Virus record (IMG/VR): IMGVR_UViG_3300045116_000460
Location: 1 to 63,618 of that record
Strand: one strand, 5' to 3'
Length of the DNA stretch: 63,618 nucleotides
Origin: a virus
Taxonomy: Duplodnaviria; Caudoviricetes
In this document: piece by piece, positions 19,318-28,755 of the stretch
Layout of the letters: each line of letters opens with the position of its first letter
How positions within the stretch are numbered: position 1 is the stretch's first letter
Position numbers and translations under genes: made by a program
Notes under the pieces: model-generated
Seen by the model: only the letters and a program-made list of their open reading frames with translations
Database searches by the model: none
Told to the model about the DNA's origin: nothing

Positions 19318-22300
19318 ATGAAAGAATTTGCTCATCTCCACGTTCATACATCTGCAAGTCTTCTTGATGGAATTTCATTGCCAACAAAAATGTTTGAAGA
19401 AGCAGGCAAACGAGGCATCAAAGCAGTTGCGCTAACAGATCATGGGAGCATGGGTGGGCATCTTGAGGTTCAAATCGAATCATCCAACATAGAAAATTGC
19501 CCCAAAATCATCTTCGGTTCTGAAATTTATATCGTACCGGATCGGCATAAAAAAGAAGAACGATCTTTGAGAAGGCATCTTATTCTTCTTGCTAAGAACG
19601 AAATAGGATATAAAAATCTTATTTCAATTAACAATGAAGGATGGAGAAACTTCTATTATCGTCCAAGAATTGATTTTGATTTTTTGTCTACTCACTATGA
19701 AGGATTGATTGCAACAAGTGCTTGCGCTAAAGGAGTGGTATCAGAATCTTTTGTCCGCAATGATGTAACAAGTGCCGCCGAAACAGCATGTCAATACCAT
19801 GAATTATTTGGTGAAGACTTTTATCTTGAGATTCAATTAATTAGTGTTGGTATTGATGGGAAAGATATTCAGGCTCCTGTCAATCGAGGTATTGTTGCAT
19901 TGGGTAAAGCGTTCAAGATTCCAGTAATTATTACAAATGATGTTCATTATGTCAATGAAAAAGATTGGATTCTCCATGAAAAAATGCTACATTTGAACAC
20001 TGGAAATATCGATTGGAGTTTTAACACTAGAGATATTTGGCTGAAAACTTGGGATCAACTCAATGATGCTAGAGAATTATATTACCCCGAATTATCTTAT
20101 AAACAATTTAATGAAATGATGGCAAGAACTCTTGATGTAGTCGCAAAATGCGACTTCAAGATTCAGACTGGCAATGCCTACATCCCAAATTATGATTATA
20201 CAACTCATCCGAAATATCGTGGTGAAAAGACAAAAGAAGAATTTTTTATTGGCTTAACTGTCAGCGCATTAAGAGACTTTCTTTCAAAAAATCCTGGCTT
20301 ATCTAAAAGTATATATGAACAACGCTTGATGAAAGAAGTTGATGGCATCATACAAATGAAGGCCATAGACTATTTTCTAATCGTTGAAGATCTTGTTAGG
20401 TTTGTCAAAGGGCAAGGCAAGCTTATAATGATCAGAGGAAGTGCAAATGGTAGTTTGGTGTGCTATCTTCTCCAGTTTGGATATATCGACCCTGTGCGTC
20501 AAAACATCTTGTTTGAACGATTTATTAGCCCTGCTAGAATTGAAACTGGAATGTTTGATGTTGATATAGATGTAGATATGGAACGAGAAATGAGGCCAAA
20601 GGCAGTTCAATATCTTAAAAGCAAATACGGTGAAGATAAAATATGTAATGTAGGGAGTTACAATAGGCTTATGTGGAAAGCTGCCATTAAGGATATGGCA
20701 AGAATTGAAGCTCTTGAACTCAAAGCAAAACTAGATAAAACAACACATCCAAGTGAAAAAAAAGATATCGAAAAATCTCTTGATAAGTTTAGTTTTAAAA
20801 GAATGAATCAGATCACCAATCTTATGGAAAAAGCATCGCAACAAGAAGGCGGAGATATATCCATAGAAGACACAAAGAAAAATCAGCCTGTCTTCCGAGA
20901 ATGGTATGATCAAAATGAGAAATGGATCAAAACCTATATTGAACCAATTATTGGTTTACCCAAAGCACCTGCAATACATCCTGCTTCGGTCGTTATTCTT
21001 CCTGGCAGTATGGATGATTTGTTACCGGTTCGATCTCAAATCAGTCCTCAAGATAAGAAAACGAGAGTATTATGCACTCAATGGGAAGGGTCACATACCG
21101 GGCGAGAAGATCTCAGAACTTATGGATTTATGGCTCTAGATGTTCTGGGAGTAAAAACTTTGAATGTTGTAGCTGACACGATTAAAATGATCAAAAAAAT
21201 TCATAAAATTGATATCAGGATCGAAGATATCCCATTTGACGATATCAAAACGATTAGAGGATTTAAAAACGCTGAAACTCTTGGAGTGTTTCAATTGGGA
21301 GCACCTGGGATCACAGAGATTTTAAAATCAATCAAACCCGACTGTTTTAGTGATGTTGTAAATATGTGTGCTATTGATCGGCCTGGTCCACTTTCAATTA
21401 AGGCCCATATTGATTATGCAAAACGTAAGCATGGTGAAGAAAAAATTGAAACATTTCATAAGTCAATTGATCCTATTTTGGCTGATGCTTATGGGATGCC
21501 AATATTCAATGATCATATTATGTTGATTGGCATGTCTTTTGCAGGATTTACCCCTGTAGAAGCAGAGGAACTTAGAATTGCTTCAAAATCAAAAAAAGGG
21601 CAAGCCAGTATGAAGCCCATGAAGGATAAGTTTATTTCTCAGGCTATCAAGATCCATGGTGAAGAGACCCGAAATATAGCCGAAAGAATATGGGATAAAA
21701 TTGAATTATTCGGTGCATACAGCTTTCCAAAGGCTCATGCTAGTGGATACGGTCTTGTTGCATGGGCAACAATGTATCTCAAGACTAATTACCCAACTGA
21801 ATTTTTTTGTAACTTGCTTAATTATTCTGATCACGATGAATATTCTGAAATCCGTAGAGTAGCAATAAAACAATACGATGTAAAATTTATCATGCCGGAT
21901 ATTAATGTTTCAACTGATGAATTTATAATAAAAAACGGTAGAATTGTGTGGTCTCTTGGTGGGGTCAAAGGAATTGGTCCTAACGCACTTGCAGATCTTA
22001 TAAAACACAGACCCTATATATCCTTTGCAGACTTTTATAAACGGGTTGACAAGAGACAATTAAATAAAGGCAAGATAGAAGCTTTGATTTTTGCAGGGTG
22101 TTTACGTAAATTCAGTGATCCTCTTCCTTTGCTCCATGAACTATACAGGGCACGCCAAAGCGAAAAGAAAAAAGGAAGCTATGATCCAATTTATGATTTA
22201 TACAAAAAAGAAGACTGGTTGAGACTCCAAAGTGAATATCTTGGATTTCAAACAATAAGTTTTCTTGAAATGTATAATAGCCATATAGAAACCGTAATGG

Positions 22301-22593
22301 TAAAACGAATTGAGGATTTTAGCCGTGAAGTGACTGGTAATGATATTTCTATAGTGGGGCAAGTTACATATGTACGATCAGCAAGCGGTAAAAATGGTGT
22401 TTATCTTCGGGGTAAAATATCTGATATCGATGGAGTGGTAGATTTTTTTATGTGGAATGATAACTATGAAATTCACAAAAACAAAAAATCCATTCCAAAA
22501 GAAGGTGATATTATTTTATTGTCTGGAAAAAAGAAAGAATGGAATAAAACATATTCAATTCATGCAAATAGAATCAAAATAATATCTGCATAA
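19318..22593 (+). CDS. dnaE: DNA polymerase III alpha subunit (family C)
   Basis: PHP HLHVHT..SLLDG, TDHG; RGSA.GSLV; DIDVD; YSFPKAHA.GY; HhH GVKGIG; OB fold. Confidence 0.95.
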   Translation: MKEFAHLHVHTSASLLDGISLPTKMFEEAGKRGIKAVALTDHGSMGGHLEVQIESSNIENCPKIIFGSEIYIVPDRHKKEERSLRRHLILLAKNEIGYKNLISINNEGWRNFYYRPRIDFDFLSTHYEGLIATSACAKGVVSESFVRNDVTSAAETACQYHELFGEDFYLEIQLISVGIDGKDIQAPVNRGIVALGKAFKIPVIITNDVHYVNEKDWILHEKMLHLNTGNIDWSFNTRDIWLKTWDQLNDARELYYPELSYKQFNEMMARTLDVVAKCDFKIQTGNAYIPNYDYTTHPKYRGEKTKEEFFIGLTVSALRDFLSKNPGLSKSIYEQRLMKEVDGIIQMKAIDYFLIVEDLVRFVKGQGKLIMIRGSANGSLVCYLLQFGYIDPVRQNILFERFISPARIETGMFDVDIDVDMEREMRPKAVQYLKSKYGEDKICNVGSYNRLMWKAAIKDMARIEALELKAKLDKTTHPSEKKDIEKSLDKFSFKRMNQITNLMEKASQQEGGDISIEDTKKNQPVFREWYDQNEKWIKTYIEPIIGLPKAPAIHPASVVILPGSMDDLLPVRSQISPQDKKTRVLCTQWEGSHTGREDLRTYGFMALDVLGVKTLNVVADTIKMIKKIHKIDIRIEDIPFDDIKTIRGFKNAETLGVFQLGAPGITEILKSIKPDCFSDVVNMCAIDRPGPLSIKAHIDYAKRKHGEEKIETFHKSIDPILADAYGMPIFNDHIMLIGMSFAGFTPVEAEELRIASKSKKGQASMKPMKDKFISQAIKIHGEETRNIAERIWDKIELFGAYSFPKAHASGYGLVAWATMYLKTNYPTEFFCNLLNYSDHDEYSEIRRVAIKQYDVKFIMPDINVSTDEFIIKNGRIVWSLGGVKGIGPNALADLIKHRPYISFADFYKRVDKRQLNKGKIEALIFAGCLRKFSDPLPLLHELYRARQSEKKKGSYDPIYDLYKKEDWLRLQSEYLGFQTISFLEMYNSHIETVMVKRIEDFSREVTGNDISIVGQVTYVRSASGKNGVYLRGKISDIDGVVDFFMWNDNYEIHKNKKSIPKEGDIILLSGKKKEWNKTYSIHANRIKIISA

Positions 22594-22600
22594 GGCAATC

Positions 22601-23257
22601 GTGATGAATATTGACCAGTTCTTTGCAGGGGCAAAAGGATTACAAGAAAAGATAAATATCCCCGAATGGTTTGTAATTGACCCACATCTCGATAGATTTG
22701 TTTTGATTGTTCATAAAGAAGAACATAGTAAAATTAATTTCGGCATTAATAGTTACGAAGGATGTTTGCCTGAATTTTGGACCAAGGTTGCCGGAGTAAC
22801 AAAAGAAGGGCGCGAAGCTGTTATAAGAAAAATGCATTCATACATAAAAAACTCTAAAATGAAGGCGAGTTCAAAATTAGTTTTCGATACTGGGAATGAA
22901 TTTCATAATAATGCAATAAAAGTTATGGTTCAAATAATAAATCCAACAGACAACTCAATCTTCACGGATGAAAGACATGTTGGGTATATTCCAAGAAATT
23001 TAGCTAATTTTATAAGGTTTGCCGAATTATACGGGATAAGATATGATAGTAAAACCACAGAGATAAAATCATCCAAGGATTGGGTAAGTGTAAAACTTAC
23101 AATAAGACCAGAGGATATATTTCTACATTTAGGAAGATCTCTACGAGATAAAGATAATATTACACGAATTCCCATTGTAAGTAAACGAATAACGGGCGCA
23201 ACGGTAGAAGATTTTAGAAAAGCTTTAATACGAACTCCACAAAAAAGGAAAGAGTAA
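22601..23257 (+). CDS. HIRAN-domain protein
   Basis: TKVAGVT..GR, NEFHNNAIKV, HVGYIPRNLA. Confidence 0.75.
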   Translation: MMNIDQFFAGAKGLQEKINIPEWFVIDPHLDRFVLIVHKEEHSKINFGINSYEGCLPEFWTKVAGVTKEGREAVIRKMHSYIKNSKMKASSKLVFDTGNEFHNNAIKVMVQIINPTDNSIFTDERHVGYIPRNLANFIRFAELYGIRYDSKTTEIKSSKDWVSVKLTIRPEDIFLHLGRSLRDKDNITRIPIVSKRITGATVEDFRKALIRTPQKRKE

Positions 23258-23619
23258 TGCCGATATACGAATTTGCCTGTAAAACATGTGGAAAAATTAC
23301 AGAACATTTGTTTAAAGTTTCAGATTTATCTGCTACATGCAAATGTGAATGTGGTTCAGTTACAAAAAAAATTATATCGCGTATCGGCATGATAAATATG
23401 AATTCTAAACCGCTAAGTGGGGTTGATGATACGGACGAACTCACTCTAGGTAAAATCGTTGCAAATAAGGGACTACCAGCAGAACATAAGCGTAAATATG
23501 CAGAAGCAAGAGAGAGGCGAAAGAAGGTTTTAGAATATGAACAAGGTCTCCGAGCAAGAGAAAAAAAATATAAGTTTACATCGGAGACAAAAACAGAAGA
23601 TGTTGACCGAGGAACCTAA
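23257..23619 (+). CDS. FmdB-family zinc-ribbon protein
   Basis: MPIYEFACKTCG...CECG...KKIIS. Confidence 0.85.
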   Translation: MPIYEFACKTCGKITEHLFKVSDLSATCKCECGSVTKKIISRIGMINMNSKPLSGVDDTDELTLGKIVANKGLPAEHKRKYAEARERRKKVLEYEQGLRAREKKYKFTSETKTEDVDRGT

Positions 23620-23645
23620 GATAAAAACTGTCTAGGAGGAAAACT

Positions 23646-23981
23646 ATGAGAAAATTATTTAACACGAACCTTGAAATGAAAATGATGCATCTTGATAAAT
23701 TCTATGATCTAATTAAAAATCAACTCGAACATGGTGGTCAAAAGTATAAACAAGAAGGAGACGGAACGAAAGAAGAGACAGATTCGATTTGTGAATTCGT
23801 CCCTGGAACTACAGGCGTGGATTGGGTCCTGGGAACCATATCAAAATATTTACGCCGTTTTAAAAATTTCCAACGCGAAAAAGATCTACTAAAGATTGCT
23901 ACATATTGTTATATTATTTGGCTTAAATATGGATTTCATGAACAAAAAACTCACGATGAAGATATAAAGATGGAAGGATAA
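23646..23981 (+). CDS. hypothetical all-alpha protein (possible nucleotide-metabolism family)
   Basis: AGGAGG RBS; GGQKY, KYLRRF...KDLLKIA.Y pattern. Confidence 0.55.
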   Translation: MRKLFNTNLEMKMMHLDKFYDLIKNQLEHGGQKYKQEGDGTKEETDSICEFVPGTTGVDWVLGTISKYLRRFKNFQREKDLLKIATYCYIIWLKYGFHEQKTHDEDIKMEG

Positions 23982-24493
23982 TGGAAAAAATCGTCAAAGA
24001 ATTTCTTACGGTAGAAGAAAATATCAACGGTGATATTTATATCATTGATATGGACGCCGATCTTGATCTTACAGATATATCGAATGCAGTAAATACTATA
24101 TCCGGCAAAATTGATTTTATGAAAAAAATTGCCGCAAAAAGAGAGTGTGAATATGAAAATGCTTTAGCTGATTTTGATGTGTTTATGGCCGAACAGGATG
24201 AAAAAGTAAGACTCATTGTTGGGAAGGGCGAAGAGAAAATAATAAAGGCAATACAAAGAAAACCAAAATGGTTACAATACAAAAAGGAAATAAATGAACT
24301 AAAATATCGGATGCAGGAAGCCCAAGGACATGTTTCATCACTAATCTATGCCGCAAAAATGATCGAATTAAAACGCAATGATATCCGCAAAATGCCCGAG
24401 CTAGGCGAAGACAAAGGATTTATAACTAGGAGAAACTTCTCAGTAAAAATGAATAAGGCAAGTCAACGAACCCCCGTAAAAAAGGAGAATTAA
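23981..24493 (+). CDS. UvsY-like recombination mediator (putative)
   Basis: Helical coiled-coil pattern, position before SSB and RecA. Confidence 0.5.
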   Translation: MEKIVKEFLTVEENINGDIYIIDMDADLDLTDISNAVNTISGKIDFMKKIAAKRECEYENALADFDVFMAEQDEKVRLIVGKGEEKIIKAIQRKPKWLQYKKEINELKYRMQEAQGHVSSLIYAAKMIELKRNDIRKMPELGEDKGFITRRNFSVKMNKASQRTPVKKEN

Positions 24494-24496
24494 AAC

Positions 24497-25648
24497 ATGG
24501 TAACAAACATCAAAAAATTAAAATCATTTATTAAGAACCACAAAGAAGAAGAAGCTAAGAAAGAAGAACGCAAAAATCAAAACAGCATAAACTTTTATCA
24601 GAATAAAGTAGGCAAAAATGCTTTGTTCCTTTGCCCCCCGCACGAAAATATGGAAGGTCTCCCTTTTGTTCTTCGTGGTAAACATAGAAATTGCGGTCCA
24701 GAAGGAAAAACTGATTTTATGTGCGCAAGTTGTGATGGAAAAAACCTAAAGGCTTGCCCTCAGTGTGTTGAGGTAAGAGAACTTTATGATACTGGGCGCG
24801 AACGAGATAAAAAAAAGGCCAGCAAAATTAGAAGGAACCAGAGGTTTTATTGGCAGGTTATTGATACCTCTCCGATTCTCGAAGTAGAAAAAGATGAAAA
24901 AATCATTATCCCTGATTGTCTTCTTGATTTTCCAGCAGAAGAAGATACCAAAAAGAGGAAGGAACGTGGGTGCAAAACCTGTTCATGGGCCGAGTCTTGC
25001 GAGGGTGGAGTTAGAGCGTGGTCGATTGGTAAGAAAATTCAAGAGCCAATCTTGGATGAACTAGACGATCTTCTTGACGATGAAGACGTTACAAATCCAA
25101 AAGTAGGACGACCGATTTTTCTAAGGCGTAAGGGCGAAGATGCCACTACGACAGAATACTCTGGGATAAAATTCATGAGACCGATTAGTTTTCCAAAGGA
25201 AGTGGTTGATCGAATCTATGGACAGTTAAATGATTTAAGCCAAGTAAGCATTCCGAAGGAACCTGACAAAATCAGGGATCTCATGACAGGTGTTCAAACT
25301 GAAGATGCAGAGGGTGCAACTGAGGGAGATGATATACCTAAATGTTTTGGTAAATACGATGAGGATGAAGATGAATGCTTAAAATGCGATTTTTGCGAAC
25401 CTTGTGAAGTAGAATCAAAAGGAATCAGTAGTTCTAAGCCAAAAGCTAATGAAGAAATTGATGATGATGATAATGATTTGGCTCCGGCCCATGAAGACCC
25501 TGATCCCGAAACCAATACGGACAGTGATCTTGAAGATGATGAATTAGAAAATCAACTCAAGAACCTCGCACGAAAACGGCAAGCTGAACGACAAGCAGCA
25601 AAAAACAATAGAACACCGGCTCCGAAGCCTGATGAGGACGATGATTAA
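24497..25648 (+). CDS. gp32-like single-stranded DNA-binding protein
   Basis: CPQC zinc site, RFYWQVID, RKGED.TTTEYS, very acidic C-terminus; precedes RecA. Confidence 0.75.
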   Translation: MVTNIKKLKSFIKNHKEEEAKKEERKNQNSINFYQNKVGKNALFLCPPHENMEGLPFVLRGKHRNCGPEGKTDFMCASCDGKNLKACPQCVEVRELYDTGRERDKKKASKIRRNQRFYWQVIDTSPILEVEKDEKIIIPDCLLDFPAEEDTKKRKERGCKTCSWAESCEGGVRAWSIGKKIQEPILDELDDLLDDEDVTNPKVGRPIFLRRKGEDATTTEYSGIKFMRPISFPKEVVDRIYGQLNDLSQVSIPKEPDKIRDLMTGVQTEDAEGATEGDDIPKCFGKYDEDEDECLKCDFCEPCEVESKGISSSKPKANEEIDDDDNDLAPAHEDPDPETNTDSDLEDDELENQLKNLARKRQAERQAAKNNRTPAPKPDEDDD

Positions 25649-26763
25649 TGAATAAGATTGAAGATGCATTATTTGACGGATTAACTGAAAAAGGGAAAGA
25701 CACAAGTACCGTTATTCTTGGTAAGCATAAGACATTTGGGCTTGTGCAGAATTGCATTTCTACTGGATCACCATCTATTGATCGTATAATCGCTAAGGAT
25801 ATCGAAGGTAAATTTGGAATCCCATGTGGAAGAATAAGTTTTATAAGCGGCAAACCATCATCCGGCAAAACAACTCTGTGCCTCCACCTTTGCGCAGAGG
25901 CACAGAGGCAAGGAGGAATTGCCTATTATATTGATTCAGAACATCGTGTAGATCGAAATTATGCTAGAATAATTGGGGTAGATATTGAGAAACTTTTCTA
26001 TAATGCCCCAAGTACTTTAGAAGACATATTGGAGGCAACCGATAAGACCATTGAGGTTGTCGGTAAATTAAGAGAAGATAATAAGATTAGTGAAGAAATA
26101 TCTAAAATCCCTATTCTGATTATTGTAGATAGCGTTAGTATTGCAACCAGAGCAGAAAAAGAAACAGGCGTAACTGGCGGTGGCAAGGGTGAACATGCAA
26201 GATTGTTGTCGAGATTTCTTCGCAAGATTACACCAGAAATAAGTAAATTAAATATTGCAATTCTTTTTGTATGCCAAATCAAATCAAAAATAAATATGGG
26301 GTACAATGCACGGGGAAGCAAAGAAACATTTCTTGCTGAAGATACTCTCAGATACCATTGTACAATAGGTTTAAGAACACAAAGAATATCTACCTTAAGA
26401 AATAGCAAGAATATTAGATATGCCGACATAGATCTATATGTAACAACTAAAAATAGTTGCTTACCTCCTTTTCAGGAAGCAGAAGTTGAACTACAATATG
26501 GCATTGGTTTTAATTATTATGCGAGCTTAACGGACACCTTGATTGAATACTATGGTGCCGAATCAAAAGGAGCATGGTACAATCACAAAGATATAGGCAA
26601 ATGGCAAGGCAAAGACGGTATAAAAAAATTAATCGAGAAAGATCCCAAAATTGCCTCCGAAATCTCTAAAATCTTAACTTCTCCAGCTATAGTTAAAATA
26701 GGAGTAACAAAAGGATCGATCAAGAAAGAATCTATAAGCCAAAACGGAGAAGACGATGATTAA
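25648..26763 (+). CDS. recA: RecA/UvsX recombinase
   Basis: ISTGSPSID, GIPCGR, GKPSSGKTT, YIDSEH, IIVDSV, KGAWY. Confidence 0.92.
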   Translation: MNKIEDALFDGLTEKGKDTSTVILGKHKTFGLVQNCISTGSPSIDRIIAKDIEGKFGIPCGRISFISGKPSSGKTTLCLHLCAEAQRQGGIAYYIDSEHRVDRNYARIIGVDIEKLFYNAPSTLEDILEATDKTIEVVGKLREDNKISEEISKIPILIIVDSVSIATRAEKETGVTGGGKGEHARLLSRFLRKITPEISKLNIAILFVCQIKSKINMGYNARGSKETFLAEDTLRYHCTIGLRTQRISTLRNSKNIRYADIDLYVTTKNSCLPPFQEAEVELQYGIGFNYYASLTDTLIEYYGAESKGAWYNHKDIGKWQGKDGIKKLIEKDPKIASEISKILTSPAIVKIGVTKGSIKKESISQNGEDDD

Positions 26764-26778
26764 TTAGGGGCGCATGGC

Positions 26779-27021
26779 ATGATGGAACCGATAGTATGTT
26801 TTGCAATGGCCTTGGCTGGTTGGTTTATTGCAATGAGAAGGATTCATTGCCTTATAAGTGGAAACAATTGGTCAACTGTTATAATGGCAGGGATAGAAGA
26901 ACTTCTGGCGGTGGCCTCTATTATTTTGGCTATAAAAACCAATACAGTAGTAAGCATCGCTGCTCTCACTATCGGTGCAATGATAGGTGTTAGACTTGAA
27001 TATAAAACAAGGAAAAAATAA
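26779..27021 (+). CDS. small membrane protein
   Basis: Three hydrophobic segments in 80 aa. Confidence 0.65.
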   Translation: MMEPIVCFAMALAGWFIAMRRIHCLISGNNWSTVIMAGIEELLAVASIILAIKTNTVVSIAALTIGAMIGVRLEYKTRKK

Positions 27022-27045
27022 TCAATATCGATATAAGGAAAAATC

Positions 27046-28167
27046 ATGAAGTTTATTGCGTGTGCTGATTTACATATTACTGATAAAATGCCTTATTCTG
27101 ATGACAAGAATGATCGTCAAAATGAACTTTTAAATGCATGGAAAGAAGTTTGCGATTGTGCAAGAGAACATGGATCAAATACTATTTTGATTGCAGGAGA
27201 TGTGTTCGATGATATAAACATTTCTCCCAAAGCATTTGACATTTTTTCTGCCATGCTTGATATATCCAAGGGAATGACAAAGATAGTTATATCGGGAAAT
27301 CATGAAACAGATGAATCTGGCGGAGCATTTGTCAAAACCTTGGCACATATTCCATCTATTGATACTGGAATCATTTCCCCTTCTAGCAAAATATCAGGTT
27401 GGAGAATAGTATCTCTTTATAATGTTGATCTTGTTATTTTTGATTTTTATAATTCATTTACCAATTTGCTAATAGGTATAAGAGAAGCATTAAAAAAAAC
27501 AAACCCTAACAAAATAAAGATCATGGTTGGGCATCAATCAGTGGTCGGTATGGAGATGAGAAATTCAACCATTTGCACACAAGGAATCCCTCAAAATTGG
27601 TTCAATAGAAAAGGTATCATAGGGGAAAATTTCGATTTGGTTTTAATGGGTGATTTCCATAAAGCACAAAAATTAAAAAGTGATGTTGAGGGATATTATC
27701 TGGGTAGTCTTATTCAACACAGTTTCCGTGATGAGGGTACGACTCCCTCATTTAGATTGATTGATATACAAGAAAACAAAATAAGTACGAAACAAATCAA
27801 TATTAACTGCCCAAAATTCCATACGATACAATTCATAGAAGGCAAACTTGAACCGAATCTTGATGTGATATCAAAGAATGGATACATAAGGGTTACAATA
27901 GTTGGAACACAATCGTATATTGATTCAAAGCCAACAAATAAATTAAAAGAACTAATAGAATTAAAATGTAAACCCAAAAAACTAATGATTTCAAATCCAA
28001 CAGTTACATGCTCGGTACCAACACTAGAAACAGTTGCAGTATCAAGACTCATGAACAATGAAGAACTTATAGAAAAAATAATTTCAACAGACAATAATAA
28101 ATTACCAACTAAACTTTTATATGATGTAGGGATCAAATACCTAAAAAGATCACAGCAATATAAATAG
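27046..28167 (+). CDS. Mre11/SbcD-like nuclease (gp47-like)
   Basis: ADLH, AGDVFD, SGNHE, GHQ, GDFH, YLGSL. Confidence 0.9.
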   Translation: MKFIACADLHITDKMPYSDDKNDRQNELLNAWKEVCDCAREHGSNTILIAGDVFDDINISPKAFDIFSAMLDISKGMTKIVISGNHETDESGGAFVKTLAHIPSIDTGIISPSSKISGWRIVSLYNVDLVIFDFYNSFTNLLIGIREALKKTNPNKIKIMVGHQSVVGMEMRNSTICTQGIPQNWFNRKGIIGENFDLVLMGDFHKAQKLKSDVEGYYLGSLIQHSFRDEGTTPSFRLIDIQENKISTKQININCPKFHTIQFIEGKLEPNLDVISKNGYIRVTIVGTQSYIDSKPTNKLKELIELKCKPKKLMISNPTVTCSVPTLETVAVSRLMNNEELIEKIISTDNNKLPTKLLYDVGIKYLKRSQQYK

Positions 28168-28176
28168 GAGGTAATC

Positions 28177-28332
28177 ATGGGATTGTTTGAATCATGTATA
28201 ACCATATTAACGGTTTTTGTCTTTATGCTTCTCGGTGTTATCATTGGGTATACAGTGGGGTACGACCGCGCCAAATTGGATGTTATGAATAAAAAATCAT
28301 ATGATATGGCAAATCCAACAAATGAACTCTAA
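28177..28332 (+). CDS. small single-TM protein (not in ORF track)
   Basis: AGGAGGT RBS; MGLFESCITILTVFVFMLLGVIIGYTVGYDRAK..., 51 aa. Confidence 0.65.
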   Translation: MGLFESCITILTVFVFMLLGVIIGYTVGYDRAKLDVMNKKSYDMANPTNEL

Positions 28333-28510
28333 ATCTGAACTTAAAGCTGAAACTAGAAAGTGCCGTAATAAAAATTGCAAAACACCTATTTTTATGGAAT
28401 GGGCACATTCAAGAAATCAGTTGTGTAGTTTTTGTAGGTGGGATATGGAAAAGAAACTCGCTAAAATACAAGGTAGAAAACCAGACTACCGCAATATAAC
28501 GGGAGAATAA
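28322..28510 (+). CDS. small zinc-finger protein
   Basis: CRNKNC...CSFC. Confidence 0.6.
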   Translation: MNSKSELKAETRKCRNKNCKTPIFMEWAHSRNQLCSFCRWDMEKKLAKIQGRKPDYRNITGE

Positions 28511-28512
28511 AT

Positions 28513-28755
28513 ATGTCTAGCACTAACCATAGGCAATGCCAGGTATGTGAACAATTGATTCCTTTAGATTCAAAGCATGTAAAAATTAAAAGTGGCCAAG
28601 TATACCATGAACTTTGTGCAAAAGAAATTGCTGAAGCTTATTTGACATTCACAATTAATACCTCAAAACTACCACCGCTATCTAGGAAAGCGCAAAAAAA
28701 ACAGAAAGAAGAACCAGTAACCGAAATGAATAAGGCCGAACAAAATGATAATTAA
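28513..28755 (+). CDS. small zinc-finger protein
   Basis: GGAG RBS; CQVC...HELC. Confidence 0.65.
   Translation: MSSTNHRQCQVCEQLIPLDSKHVKIKSGQVYHELCAKEIAEAYLTFTINTSKLPPLSRKAQKKQKEEPVTEMNKAEQNDN

Noticed and set aside
16267-22593. Inteins or introns in nrdJ and dnaE
   Set aside because: Lengths and motif spacing are normal; no splice-junction or homing endonuclease motifs seen
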